A DNA stretch of 64,000 bases. Source: a bacterium. Its GTDB lineage: Bacteria > Patescibacteriota > Minisyncoccia > Minisyncoccales > CG1-02-41-26. The DNA lies in assembly GCA_030603395.1 (NCBI GenBank), contig JAUVXX010000004.1, positions 3,597-67,596 on the forward strand. Direction: 5' to 3'. The notes below the pieces were generated by a model. The model saw nothing but the letters and a program-made list of their open reading frames with translations. It had not been told where the DNA came from and made no database searches. Position numbers and translations under genes: made by a program. Shown piece after piece: positions 19,118 to 28,630 of this stretch. Numbering within the stretch: position 1 is the stretch's first letter; every line of letters begins with the position of its first letter.

Positions 19118-19810
19118 ATGTTAAAAGAATTAATTGACAAATTTTATTTGGACAGAGAACATGATAGAGGTCAGGACCACTTTTATATCACCGATGCTGG
19201 CAAGTGCGCACGGTCAATTTTCTTTAAATTTAAAAAAGCCCCCCGAAAAGAATTAGAGGCCAGAGTTTTGAGAATGTTTGACCATGGTAACCACATTCAC
19301 CAGCTTATTATGAAGGCCTTGTCTGCGGTAAGAAGGATTCACGTAGTGGCTGCTGAAATCAACATACCTCCCCAAGAGATAATTTCAGGAAGAGCCGATG
19401 CTATTTTAAGTTTAGATAACGAACTTTATATTCTTGACATCAAAAGCATTAACAGCATGATTTTTGGTAAATTAGAAGCCCCCAAAGAAGACCACAACAA
19501 CCAACTCCAACTTTATTTACACTTTTTTAATATACCCAAGGGAATCATACTTTATGTTAGTAAAGACACTCAAGACCTCAAAGAATTTCTAGTTCCTTAT
19601 GACGCCAAGGTAGCTGAAAAACTCCTCAAGAACCTCCAGGACCTTAAAACAAAGATTGAGACAGATACCATTCCCCAGCCACTTCCTGAAAGGCCTGACA
19701 ATTGGCAGTGTAAGTATTGCCAGTTTGCCGACGTCTGTGCTAAGGTTGGCGAAAAAGAACTTAGCTGGGGAGAGTTTAAAAAGCAAATTGAAGCTGAAGA
19801 AATCCGGTAA
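19118..19810 (+). CDS. Cas4-like / RecB-family PD-(D/E)XK nuclease with an Fe-S cysteine set
   Basis: GRADAIL...LDIKS (D...DxK), QLQLY (QxxxY), an N-terminal Cys (GKCAR) and C-terminal CKYCQFADVC. Confidence 0.6.
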   Translation: MLKELIDKFYLDREHDRGQDHFYITDAGKCARSIFFKFKKAPRKELEARVLRMFDHGNHIHQLIMKALSAVRRIHVVAAEINIPPQEIISGRADAILSLDNELYILDIKSINSMIFGKLEAPKEDHNNQLQLYLHFFNIPKGIILYVSKDTQDLKEFLVPYDAKVAEKLLKNLQDLKTKIETDTIPQPLPERPDNWQCKYCQFADVCAKVGEKELSWGEFKKQIEAEEIR

Positions 19811-19817
19811 GAGAAGA

Positions 19818-21173
19818 CTAAGGTACTAATTTTTCTGAAACGTAGAGAATGTTTTCCGAAAGGATATACAATTTTTTATCCCCTTGATTAAAGAATATCT
19901 CGGGGTTTTTAAATTCTCCCAGATTGACCATATTAAGGTAATCCCGATTATCAATTTCAGTTATTTTTATTTCATCTCCAAGCTTAAATAACAGATAATG
20001 GGGAGTGAGCCAGGAGATTGATTGGGGACTTTTTGAGAAGCGGTTGAGGAATAAAGTCACCTTTTCTCCCTTAGATTCTTTCAGAAGCCAAATTTCATTT
20101 TCTTGCCAAAAAGTTGCCTGTGCCAAGTTGGGAGAAATTTCAAGACCCCTCACCTCCTCAAAAATCTTATTGAGTTTACCGTCCTCCCTGAGAAGATAGA
20201 GGCCTTCTGGGGTTGAAACAAGCACCTCTTCCTTCCAGGCCCTTATGTCATAATTTTCTCCTTGCCTTAAAGAGAGCGGCTCTTTGTTTAAAATTTCTTT
20301 CCTTTCTCCATTAAAACCGGATTTTAAAAGAAACCCAGAATCAGATAGCCAAAACAAATTTCCATTCTCGATTTCAAACCAGGCCACGCCCGGCAGAAAG
20401 ATTTCCTCTCTTTGGTTTCCATCAAAGTTTTTCCTGATTAAATTATTTCCTCGCAAACACAAAACCTCTCCCTTAACTGCTGGTGTGAACGAGATTTTTT
20501 TGATATCTCCCAGTAAGGTTAAATTGAAAAGTTGTTTCTCTGGTAAAAAATCGTAATTTAAGATGAAAAATTTCTGAATTTCAGTATTGTCGCTTTCCAA
20601 TAAAATCTCTTTTTCTTGCTCGTGCCAGGCGACGGGTGTTATCCCTACCTTTCCCTCAAACTCTCTTTCAGAAAAAATTTCTCTTTCTCTTGAAGTTAAA
20701 AGATTTAAAAGTAGAAATCTCCAGCCCTCCTCATTACTTTCTTTTAATAGTAAATCTTCGCCATCTTCTGAGACCAAAAAATCTTCAACGTTTCTTCTCA
20801 AAACCTTGAACTGAACCTCCTCTTCTATCAAGAGGATATTTTTTGCCTGCACTACCTCTCCCTCCTTTATCTCCAGGGTTTTCTGCCAGGGAAAATAGCC
20901 CGTCTTTTTAATCTCTATGTCATATTTTTGGGGAGAGAGGTTTCTAATCAGAACTGAATTACCCCAAATACCCGTTTTTTCCTGCAAAGAGCCATTGAGA
21001 TAAATTCCAGCTGAGTTTTGCAGGACATTAAAATAGAAGCCACCGGTTCTTAAAATCCTCTGTTCGCCAAATCTAATTCTTATTCCCTGGGAATAAAGCA
21101 AAAGCAGGGGAGCGATAATAAAAAACAGCAGCAAACCCAAAATAAAAATAATCTTTCTGGTTTTCTTTTCCAT
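19818..21173 (-). CDS. Membrane-anchored protein with a PEGA-like domain and beta-rich C-terminal region
   Basis: N-terminal TM (IIFILGLLLFFIIAPLLLLY). YDIEIKKTGYFPWQKTLEIKEGEVV resembles a PEGA domain. Confidence 0.4.
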   Translation of the reverse strand: MEKKTRKIIFILGLLLFFIIAPLLLLYSQGIRIRFGEQRILRTGGFYFNVLQNSAGIYLNGSLQEKTGIWGNSVLIRNLSPQKYDIEIKKTGYFPWQKTLEIKEGEVVQAKNILLIEEEVQFKVLRRNVEDFLVSEDGEDLLLKESNEEGWRFLLLNLLTSREREIFSEREFEGKVGITPVAWHEQEKEILLESDNTEIQKFFILNYDFLPEKQLFNLTLLGDIKKISFTPAVKGEVLCLRGNNLIRKNFDGNQREEIFLPGVAWFEIENGNLFWLSDSGFLLKSGFNGERKEILNKEPLSLRQGENYDIRAWKEEVLVSTPEGLYLLREDGKLNKIFEEVRGLEISPNLAQATFWQENEIWLLKESKGEKVTLFLNRFSKSPQSISWLTPHYLLFKLGDEIKITEIDNRDYLNMVNLGEFKNPEIFFNQGDKKLYILSENILYVSEKLVP

Positions 21174-21288
21174 GCTATTTTCTTATTCTAAGCTAAAATT
21201 CCCCCTTTGCCAACCGCACGAGGTTTGACCTCGTGCGATTAATTTCTCTTGATAAATTTTGGGTTTTAGGATAAAGTAAAGTATAAAT

Positions 21289-22548
21289 ATGGCTGAGAAA
21301 TTTGTCATTGAAGGTGGCAAGAAACTTGAGGGTGAGATTGAGGTGAGGGGTTCAAAAAATGCGGCAGGCGCCATATTGGCGGCCACCCTACTTACCGATA
21401 AAGAATGTCTCATTGATAATCTTCCTTTGATTTCTGATATTTTAAATCTCATTGATATCTTGAAAGAAATGGGAGCAGAGGTTGAGTGGACAAGTGACAG
21501 GCAAGTTAAAATCAGAGCCGGCAAGGACGTTAGCCCCGAAAAGATGGATTTTGAAAAAGTTTCCAAATCAAGGGTCTCAGTGCTTTTAATGGGCGGGCTT
21601 TTGCCTCGATTCAAAGAATTTAAGATTTCCAGGCCGGGGGGAGACAGAATTGGAGTTCGACCCATCACTACTCACTTGCAAGCCCTGAAAGGATTAGGAG
21701 TTGATATTGAGGAGAAAGGCGATTTTTATTATATCAAATCTCAGGGACTCCGTGCCAAAGAAATTATTTTGCCAGAATTCAGCGTAACCGCCACCGAGAA
21801 TTTAATGATGAGTTCTGTGTTAACTGAAGGAGAAACTATTATCAAGGGAGCGGCTCAAGAGCCCCAGGTTCAGGACCTCTGTAAAATGTTGCAGGAGATG
21901 GGAGCCAAAATTGAAGGAACAGGAACCCACACCCTAAAAATTCAAGGAGTGAAAACATTGAAGGGATGTCACCACAGGATTATGCCTGACTTGATTGAAG
22001 CGGGAACATTTTTGGCCATTGGTGCTGGCACAGGCACGAAAGTTAAGGTAAAAAACCTTATTCCTGACCATTTAGATTCCTTTTTAGCCAAACTTCAGGA
22101 GCTCGGAGTGGAGTTTAAAAAAGACAATAATTCCATCGAAATCTTTGGAGCCACCAATTTAAAACCTGGCAAAGTCCAGGCTCTTCCTTATCCCGGCTTC
22201 CCAACCGATTTGCTTCCTCTGGTAGTGCCCCTGTTAACCCAGGCTAAAGGGAAAAGTTTAATTCACGACCCTTTATACGATTACCGCTTCAATTACATCC
22301 AAGAGTTGAGAAAGATGGGAGCTGACATTGAGATAGTTGACCCTCATCGAGCTATTGTCTTTGGACCAACGCCGCTCTCCGGGGTAACTATTGAATCCTG
22401 GGACATCAGAGCGGGAGCCAGCTTAGTGGTGGCCGGTCTGATGGCTCAAGGTCAAACCATTATTGAGAACGTGGAGCAAATAGATAGAGGATATGAAAAA
22501 ATAGAAGAGAGATTACAGCAAATCGGAGCTAACATTAAGCGAGTATAA
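21289..22548 (+). CDS. murA: UDP-N-acetylglucosamine 1-carboxyvinyltransferase
   Basis: Full-length similarity in pattern to MurA (GSKNAA..., PGGDRIGVRPI, FPTD). Confidence 0.9.
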   Translation: MAEKFVIEGGKKLEGEIEVRGSKNAAGAILAATLLTDKECLIDNLPLISDILNLIDILKEMGAEVEWTSDRQVKIRAGKDVSPEKMDFEKVSKSRVSVLLMGGLLPRFKEFKISRPGGDRIGVRPITTHLQALKGLGVDIEEKGDFYYIKSQGLRAKEIILPEFSVTATENLMMSSVLTEGETIIKGAAQEPQVQDLCKMLQEMGAKIEGTGTHTLKIQGVKTLKGCHHRIMPDLIEAGTFLAIGAGTGTKVKVKNLIPDHLDSFLAKLQELGVEFKKDNNSIEIFGATNLKPGKVQALPYPGFPTDLLPLVVPLLTQAKGKSLIHDPLYDYRFNYIQELRKMGADIEIVDPHRAIVFGPTPLSGVTIESWDIRAGASLVVAGLMAQGQTIIENVEQIDRGYEKIEERLQQIGANIKRV

Positions 22549-22552
22549 AGAT

Positions 22553-23560
22553 ATGTTTGTTACTAAAATAGCCGTAGATTTAGGAACTTGTAATTGTTTG
22601 GTTTTTGTCCCTAAAAGGGGGGTTGTTTTGCAAGAGCCCTCGGTGGTGGCTGTTACCCAACCAGAGAACAGGATTCTGGCCGTGGGACAGGAGGCTAAGC
22701 TGATGATTGGTCGAACTCCCGACTCCATCAGGGTTTATCGACCCTTGAAAGACGGGGTTATTGCTGATTATCGGGCAACCCAGGCCATGCTTCGACATTT
22801 CATCCGGAAAGCCCAGGGAACTTTTTCCCTTTTCCGGCCGGAGCTCGTCATTTCAGTTCCTGCGGGGAGTACCTCCACCGAAAGAAGGGCGGTCATTGAA
22901 GCTGCCATCTCTTCGGGAGCCAAGGTTGCTTTTGTGGCTAAAGAGCCAATTTTGGCTGCCATTGGAGCCGGTATTCCTATTAATTCTTGCCAGGGCAATA
23001 TGATTATTGATATTGGAGGAGGAACTTCAGAAATTGCTGTGATTTCTCTTGGTGGCATTGTTACTTCACATTCGGTTAGGGTGGGGGGAGATAGAATGGA
23101 TGAAGCCATCGCTGAATATATCAAGAGAGAACATAATTTGGCGGTGGGGAGCCAGTCGGCAGAGGAGATAAAAATAAGAATTGGCCGGGCTTTTCCGCGG
23201 AAAAAGGAGGATTTCTTTGAAATCAGAGGTAGAGATTTGGTTTCCGGGCTTCCCCGCAATATCAAAGTTTCTTCAAATGAGGTGGCGGGAGCCATCAAGG
23301 ATGTTCTAAATGAGATAATTACGGCGGTCAAGCTGGTTCTCCGTGATACCCCTCCAGAACTTTCAGCCGATATTATGAATAAGGGCATGGTTTTGACCGG
23401 TGGAGGAGCTTTATTGAGAGATATTGATACTCTCGTAGCCAGGGTTACCGGCGTGCCATGTTTTCGCGGAGAAGAACCGCTCCTTTCGGTAGTTAAGGGA
23501 ACGGGCGTTGTTCTTGAAAATTTGGAAACCTATAAAAAAAGTTTAATGTCAAAAAAGTAA
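22553..23560 (+). CDS. mreB: Rod-shape protein MreB (paralog 1)
   Basis: Actin-fold motifs DLGT, DIGGGT and LTGGGALL. Confidence 0.85.
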   Translation: MFVTKIAVDLGTCNCLVFVPKRGVVLQEPSVVAVTQPENRILAVGQEAKLMIGRTPDSIRVYRPLKDGVIADYRATQAMLRHFIRKAQGTFSLFRPELVISVPAGSTSTERRAVIEAAISSGAKVAFVAKEPILAAIGAGIPINSCQGNMIIDIGGGTSEIAVISLGGIVTSHSVRVGGDRMDEAIAEYIKREHNLAVGSQSAEEIKIRIGRAFPRKKEDFFEIRGRDLVSGLPRNIKVSSNEVAGAIKDVLNEIITAVKLVLRDTPPELSADIMNKGMVLTGGGALLRDIDTLVARVTGVPCFRGEEPLLSVVKGTGVVLENLETYKKSLMSKK

Positions 23561-23561
23561 T

Positions 23562-24524
23562 ATGATACTTGGTCATCAATCTCAATGGGAATTTTTACAG
23601 AGAATAGCCAGAGCTGACAGGATTCCTCAAGCTCTACTTTTTGCAGGCTCTTGCCATTTGGGTAAAAAGAAAGTGGCTTTGGAGTTTATAAAACTTTTGA
23701 ATTGTTCTCAAATCTCTCGTCAAGATTTTGAAAGACCCTGTCAGAAATGTTTTTCTTGTCAGAGCATTAACAAAGAGAGATACCCGGATTTGAGCATGGT
23801 GCTGCCCCAAAAAAAAATGATTCAGATTTCCCAGATTAGAGACCTGCAAAGTACTTTAAATCTTGGAGCTCAAATTTCCTCTATCAAATCAGTGATTATT
23901 GATAGTGCGGAAACCATGAATATTGCTGCTCAAAATTGTCTTTTAAAAACCTTAGAAGAACCCAAAGGAAAAACCCTTTTAATTCTTATTTCTTCTCAGC
24001 CAGCTATGTTAGCCCCCACCATCATTTCAAGAACCCAGCTGTTAAAATTTTATCCTCTGAGGCCCTCAGAAATAGAGGAATATTTTAAGGGAAAGGTGTC
24101 TCAGGATTCCTTGAAAAAATTGGTTTGGCTTGCAGAAGGACTCCCCGGAAAAGCAATGGAGTTTTTTAAGAACCCTGAAAAGTTAGAGATAGAGCTCGGA
24201 AGATACCAATTTTGGCAGAAAATTTTGGACTCAAGTCTGGGACAGAGATTTTATTATCTCAACCAACTTTTTAGCAAAAAACAAGAGTTTCCTCAAAATT
24301 TAGGAGCTTTCCTGGAGATTTTACTAAGACATTTAAGGAGACTTTTACTTGAAAAATTGGGAGTTAAAAAAAACCAATTAACTTCTTTCCAGAGAACTAG
24401 TCGGGATTATTCGCTCCTCAACCTAGAAAAAATGATTAAGGCCGTCCAGGATTTAAGCTCTGCAATTTTCCAGACCAATATCAATCCAAAGTTAGCTTTA
24501 GAGAACCTAATTCTTTACCTATGA
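23562..24524 (+). CDS. holB: DNA polymerase III delta-prime subunit
   Basis: AAA+-like N-terminus with a degenerate P-loop (GSCHLGKKK) and a zinc module (CQKCFSCQ). Confidence 0.65.
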   Translation: MILGHQSQWEFLQRIARADRIPQALLFAGSCHLGKKKVALEFIKLLNCSQISRQDFERPCQKCFSCQSINKERYPDLSMVLPQKKMIQISQIRDLQSTLNLGAQISSIKSVIIDSAETMNIAAQNCLLKTLEEPKGKTLLILISSQPAMLAPTIISRTQLLKFYPLRPSEIEEYFKGKVSQDSLKKLVWLAEGLPGKAMEFFKNPEKLEIELGRYQFWQKILDSSLGQRFYYLNQLFSKKQEFPQNLGAFLEILLRHLRRLLLEKLGVKKNQLTSFQRTSRDYSLLNLEKMIKAVQDLSSAIFQTNINPKLALENLILYL

Positions 24525-25078
24525 GCTATCAAGAAATTATTGATAAAATTAAACCCGAACTGAGAAATCTTGTTGAATTATTAAAGGAAGAACTAATGAA
24601 AATCCGGGCTTCCCGCGTCTCTGCCGCCTTAATTGAAGATATTGAGGTAGAGATTGAGGGAAGTTCCGTACCCCTGAAAGGTTTGGGGGCAATCTCTTCT
24701 CTTTCAGCCAGAGAACTTACCGTGCAGCCCTGGGATAAGTCATACATTGAACCCATCATAAGCTCAATTGAGAGGGCAGGAGTTGGCCTGACTCCGGTGG
24801 TGGACAAAGATACCATCCGTTTAGTCAGTCCTTCCTTGACTGAAGAGACCAAGAAAAACTTAGTCCGAATTTTGAACCAGAAAAAAGAAGAGACCTTTCA
24901 AGATATCCGGCATCTGAGAGACAAAACTTGGAAGGAAATTCAAGAGGGATTTCAGAAAGGAGAGATTAGGGAAGATGATAAGTTTCGAGGTAAAGATAAG
25001 TTAGAGGAGGTTGTTAAAGAATACAAAGATGAGATAGAAGAGATAGTCGAAAGAAAGATAAAAGAAATAGAGGGATGA
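24521..25078 (+). CDS. frr: Ribosome recycling factor
   Basis: 185 aa with a typical RRF pattern (LRASRVSAALIEDI..., IRLVSPSLTEE). Confidence 0.9.
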   Translation: MSYQEIIDKIKPELRNLVELLKEELMKIRASRVSAALIEDIEVEIEGSSVPLKGLGAISSLSARELTVQPWDKSYIEPIISSIERAGVGLTPVVDKDTIRLVSPSLTEETKKNLVRILNQKKEETFQDIRHLRDKTWKEIQEGFQKGEIREDDKFRGKDKLEEVVKEYKDEIEEIVERKIKEIEG

Positions 25079-25080
25079 GT

Positions 25081-25157
25081 GCTCGCTAACTCAAACATTT
25101 TTTCAGCGCCCCCACCCTCCCACGCGCCATGCTGAAAAAATGTTGATTAGCTCGCCC
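25081..25157 (+). other. Long hairpin with a C-rich loop (element X1) between frr and rseP
   Basis: AACATTTTTTCAGC (25094-25107) pairs with GCTGAAAAAATGTT (25131-25144). The loop is GCCCCCACCCTCCCACGCGCCAT. Outer arms GCTCGCTAA / TTAGCTCGC extend the helix. Confidence 0.6.
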
Positions 25158-25175
25158 TGCTTAAATTTTTTCACT

Positions 25176-26294
25176 ATGATAATAACTATTTTAATTGTTT
25201 TTTTCACCTTGATTGGCTTGTTGGTTTTGCATGAACTGGGACATTTTTTATTAGCCAAGAAGTTTGGAGTTGAAGTTGAAGAGTTCGGGGTTGGTTACCC
25301 GCCAAGGATTTTTGGTAAAAAGATTGGGAAAACCATTTATTCTTTGAACCTTCTGCCTTTTGGCGCCTTTGTTAGAATCAGGGGAGAGGAAGGAAAGCTC
25401 GGAGTTGAAGATGCCAGAAGTTTTTCCGGTAAACCCATTTGGCAGAGAGCCTTGATTTTAATTGGAGGAGTGGTTACTTTTTGGTTAATCGGATTTTTGA
25501 TTTTCACTGTTATTGCAGCATCCTGGGGGTTGCCAGTCTCAGTTGCTGAAGATTTTCAGCCCGAAGATTTAAAACAGAATATTCAAATAGTTGAGGGACC
25601 TCTGGTACAGATTATTGGTGTAAGTTCAGGTTCACCAGCTGAATTAGCGGGACTCTTGGTAGGGGACATCATAATGAGTGTCGAAGCTCAAATATCAAAT
25701 GTCAAAAAAATTGATAAAGTTGGACAGATTCAAGAATTTACTCAAGAACATTTGGGTCAGGAAGTTGTTTTGACCATTAAAAAAGGAGAGGATATTTCTG
25801 AGATTTCGGTAATTCCCCGGACTTCTCCACCCGAAGGAGAGGGAGCTATGGGCATAGCTTTAGCCAGGGTTGCCAAATTCAGGTATCCCTGGTACGGGGC
25901 TCCCTTGCAAGGGGTTCTGGTGACTGCCCAACAGACGGTGGCTATGCCAATGATTTTAGGCCGGGTAATAGTGAAGGCAATTCAGGGAGAAAAAGTTGAG
26001 GGGGTGAAGTTTGTCGGACCCATTGGCATAGGGGAAATGATGGGTCGGAGTTTGAAAATTGGCTTTGATAGTTTTTTACTTCTGGTGGCTATGATTTCAA
26101 TTTGGCTGGCTCTCTTTAACCTTTTACCCATTCCGGCTGTTGATGGGGGACGGCTTCTGTTCCTGGGTATCGAGAAGGTTAGGGGGCGTCCCGTCAATCC
26201 CAGTATTGAGAGAAACATCACCGCCTTATTTTTCGCCATTTTGGTCGGTCTGATGGTCTTTATCACCGTCAAAGATATCGTTAGATTATTTTAA
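25176..26294 (+). CDS. rseP: RIP metalloprotease RseP (site-2 protease, M50)
   Basis: HELGH, a PDZ-like middle region and NLLPIPAVDGG. The start was moved to ATG 25176 because the track start at 25140 lies inside hairpin X1. Confidence 0.8.
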   Translation: MIITILIVFFTLIGLLVLHELGHFLLAKKFGVEVEEFGVGYPPRIFGKKIGKTIYSLNLLPFGAFVRIRGEEGKLGVEDARSFSGKPIWQRALILIGGVVTFWLIGFLIFTVIAASWGLPVSVAEDFQPEDLKQNIQIVEGPLVQIIGVSSGSPAELAGLLVGDIIMSVEAQISNVKKIDKVGQIQEFTQEHLGQEVVLTIKKGEDISEISVIPRTSPPEGEGAMGIALARVAKFRYPWYGAPLQGVLVTAQQTVAMPMILGRVIVKAIQGEKVEGVKFVGPIGIGEMMGRSLKIGFDSFLLLVAMISIWLALFNLLPIPAVDGGRLLFLGIEKVRGRPVNPSIERNITALFFAILVGLMVFITVKDIVRLF

Positions 26295-26298
26295 CAAC

Positions 26299-27546
26299 AT
26301 GTTACAATCACAACTTTTTACCGAAACAACTAAAGAGGCCCCGCGGGATGAAAAAAGTTTGAATGCCAAGTTATTAATTAGAGCTGGATTTGTCCACAAA
26401 GAAATGGCCGGAGTCTATTCTTATTTGCCTTTGGGCTTGCTGGTTTTAAGAAAGATTCAAGATATTATCAGGGAAGAGATGGAGAAGATCGGTGGTCAGG
26501 AGATTTTAATGTCAGTTTTTCAACCGAAAGATCTTTGGTTGAAGACCGATCGCTGGTCAAAGGGAATTGGAAAAGATATGTTTAAATGTAAGCTGAACGG
26601 AAGTGAAGTTGGCTTAGGTCCGACACATGAGGAGATAGTGACTCGCATTTTGAAAAGTTATCTTAGTTCTTACCGAGATTTGCCTAAGTCTGTTTTTCAA
26701 ATCCAAACCAAGTTTAGAAAAGAATTACGAGCAAAATCAGGATTACTCCGAGGCAGAGAATTTGATATGAAAGACCTTTATAGCTTCCATAGCTCTGAAG
26801 AGGATTTTGAAAAATACTATAAAATTGTTATAAAATCTTATCATAAAGTTTTAGGAAGATGTGGACTTCGAGCCATCTTAACCGAGGCCTCAGGAAAAGG
26901 ATTTACCTCAAGCACTCCTCATGAGTTTCAGGTTATTGCTCCTGCAGGAGAGGATACAATTTTCTACTGCCTCGGAGGAGATTTTTCTCAAAACAAAGAA
27001 GTTGCTAAAGTAAAAGCTGGAGACAAATGTCCAATTTGCCAAAAAACTTTAATTGAGGAAAAGTCAATTGAGGTTGGCAATATCTTCCCCCTGGGAATTA
27101 AGTATTCAGAGGCCCTGGGAGCTTACTTTACTGATAAGGATGGAAAGAAAAAACCAATTACCATGGGATGCTATGGATTGGGTCCTTCTAGGATTATGGG
27201 AGCCGCTGTTGAGATTCACCATGATTCAAAGGGAATTATCTGGCCCGGAGAGATAGCTCCTTTCCAGGTTCATTTAATTCAATTACAAGAGAATCCTGAG
27301 ATCAAGAAAAAGAGCAGGGAAATCTACGATACTTTACTTAAAACAGGGATTGAAGTATTATATGATGACAGAGATGGTAAATCGCCAGGAGAGAAGTTTG
27401 CCGATGCTGATTTAATAGGCATACCCTGGAGAATTGTGGTTAGCGAGAGAACCTTAGAGAAAGATTCGGTGGAATTAAAGAGAAGAGATAAAGAGGAAAT
27501 AAAATTAGTAAAAACGAAAGAACTGCAAACTTTTTTTAAATCTTAA
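26299..27546 (+). CDS. proS: Prolyl-tRNA synthetase, short form without the INS editing domain
   Basis: Class II motifs, 415 aa. Confidence 0.85.
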   Translation: MLQSQLFTETTKEAPRDEKSLNAKLLIRAGFVHKEMAGVYSYLPLGLLVLRKIQDIIREEMEKIGGQEILMSVFQPKDLWLKTDRWSKGIGKDMFKCKLNGSEVGLGPTHEEIVTRILKSYLSSYRDLPKSVFQIQTKFRKELRAKSGLLRGREFDMKDLYSFHSSEEDFEKYYKIVIKSYHKVLGRCGLRAILTEASGKGFTSSTPHEFQVIAPAGEDTIFYCLGGDFSQNKEVAKVKAGDKCPICQKTLIEEKSIEVGNIFPLGIKYSEALGAYFTDKDGKKKPITMGCYGLGPSRIMGAAVEIHHDSKGIIWPGEIAPFQVHLIQLQENPEIKKKSREIYDTLLKTGIEVLYDDRDGKSPGEKFADADLIGIPWRIVVSERTLEKDSVELKRRDKEEIKLVKTKELQTFFKS

Positions 27547-27574
27547 ATCATAAATCTTAAGTCATAAATCAATC

Positions 27575-28627
27575 ATGTTTTCTAAACTTCTGTCATATTT
27601 CAGCGAAGATATTGCCATTGATTTGGGTACGGCCTACTCTTTGGTTTATGTTCGGGGAAGGGGAATTGTTATTAACGAACCATCGGTGGTCGCTCTCAAC
27701 AAAAAAACCGGACAGATTTTAGCTATCGGAGAGGAAGCAAAAAAGATGGTTGGCAGAACTCCCTCTTACGTTCAAGCTATCCGACCCTTACAGCGAGGGG
27801 TAATTTCTGACTTTGAGGTTACCGAACAGATGCTTAAATATTTTATTGACAGGGCTCACCGAAAAAGAGTTTTTCCTCTTTCTTGGCCTAGGGTGATTAT
27901 TGGTATTCCCTGCGGGGTAACCGAGGTTGAAAAGAAAGCGGTGGAAGACGCAGCTAAGTCAGCGGGAGCCAGAGAAGTTTATTTAATTGAAGAACCAGTG
28001 GCGGCTGCCATCGGAGCGCGACTCCCCATTCAGGAGCCCAAAGGAAATTTTTTGGTTGACATTGGAGGAGGAACAACTGAGGTAGCTATAATTTCTCTGG
28101 GAGGCATAGTTACCTCCAAAAGCTTAAAAATTGCTGGAGACAAGCTGGACGAAGACATTATTGAGTATGTAGGACAGAAATACAAGATTCTGGTTGGGAC
28201 CAGAACCGCCGAAGACATCAAAATCAGTATTGGTTCGGCTCTTCCCTTGAGAGAGAAGAAAGAGGCGCCGCTTCGGGGCAGGAATTTGGTCACCGGGCTT
28301 CCTGAGGAGATTATCATCAATTCAGAAGACATTAGAAAGGCCTTGGAGAAATCAATCAATCAAATTGTTGAAGCAATTAAACTAACCATTGAACAAACTC
28401 CTCCCGAGTTACTATCTGATGTGATGACCGACGGCATTTATCTGGTTGGGGGAGGTTCTTTATTAAGGGGATTGGATAAGTTGATAAGCACCACCACCAA
28501 AATGCCAGTTAAAATTATTGAAGATCCTTTAACAGCCGTGGTTCGGGGTGGTGGGATAGTTTTGGAAAACCTTGACGAACTAAGAGAAATATTAACTGAA
28601 ACAGAATCGGAAGGACTGATAAAATAA
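27575..28627 (+). CDS. mreB: Rod-shape protein MreB (paralog 2)
   Basis: DLGTA, DIGGGTTE and LVGGGSLL. Confidence 0.85.
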   Translation: MFSKLLSYFSEDIAIDLGTAYSLVYVRGRGIVINEPSVVALNKKTGQILAIGEEAKKMVGRTPSYVQAIRPLQRGVISDFEVTEQMLKYFIDRAHRKRVFPLSWPRVIIGIPCGVTEVEKKAVEDAAKSAGAREVYLIEEPVAAAIGARLPIQEPKGNFLVDIGGGTTEVAIISLGGIVTSKSLKIAGDKLDEDIIEYVGQKYKILVGTRTAEDIKISIGSALPLREKKEAPLRGRNLVTGLPEEIIINSEDIRKALEKSINQIVEAIKLTIEQTPPELLSDVMTDGIYLVGGGSLLRGLDKLISTTTKMPVKIIEDPLTAVVRGGGIVLENLDELREILTETESEGLIK

Positions 28628-28630
28628 TTT

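Larger units (their letters stand above)
1..19810. mobile_element. Integrated phage (prophage), right-hand portion with virion, lysis and integration modules. The left end lies outside the window and the right boundary is approximate.
   Basis: Co-directional block: scaffold-like, capsid-like, fibres, giant virion protein, amidase, tyrosine integrase, Cas4-like nuclease. Hand-counted sample lines are far more GC-rich than host genes (1081-1140 = 37/60 GC; 35401-35460 = 18/60 GC). Confidence 0.6.

Noticed and set aside
25140-25175. Upstream start for rseP
   Set aside because: The first 12 codons lie in the 3' arm of hairpin X1. The hydrophobic TM1 begins at the ATG at 25176.
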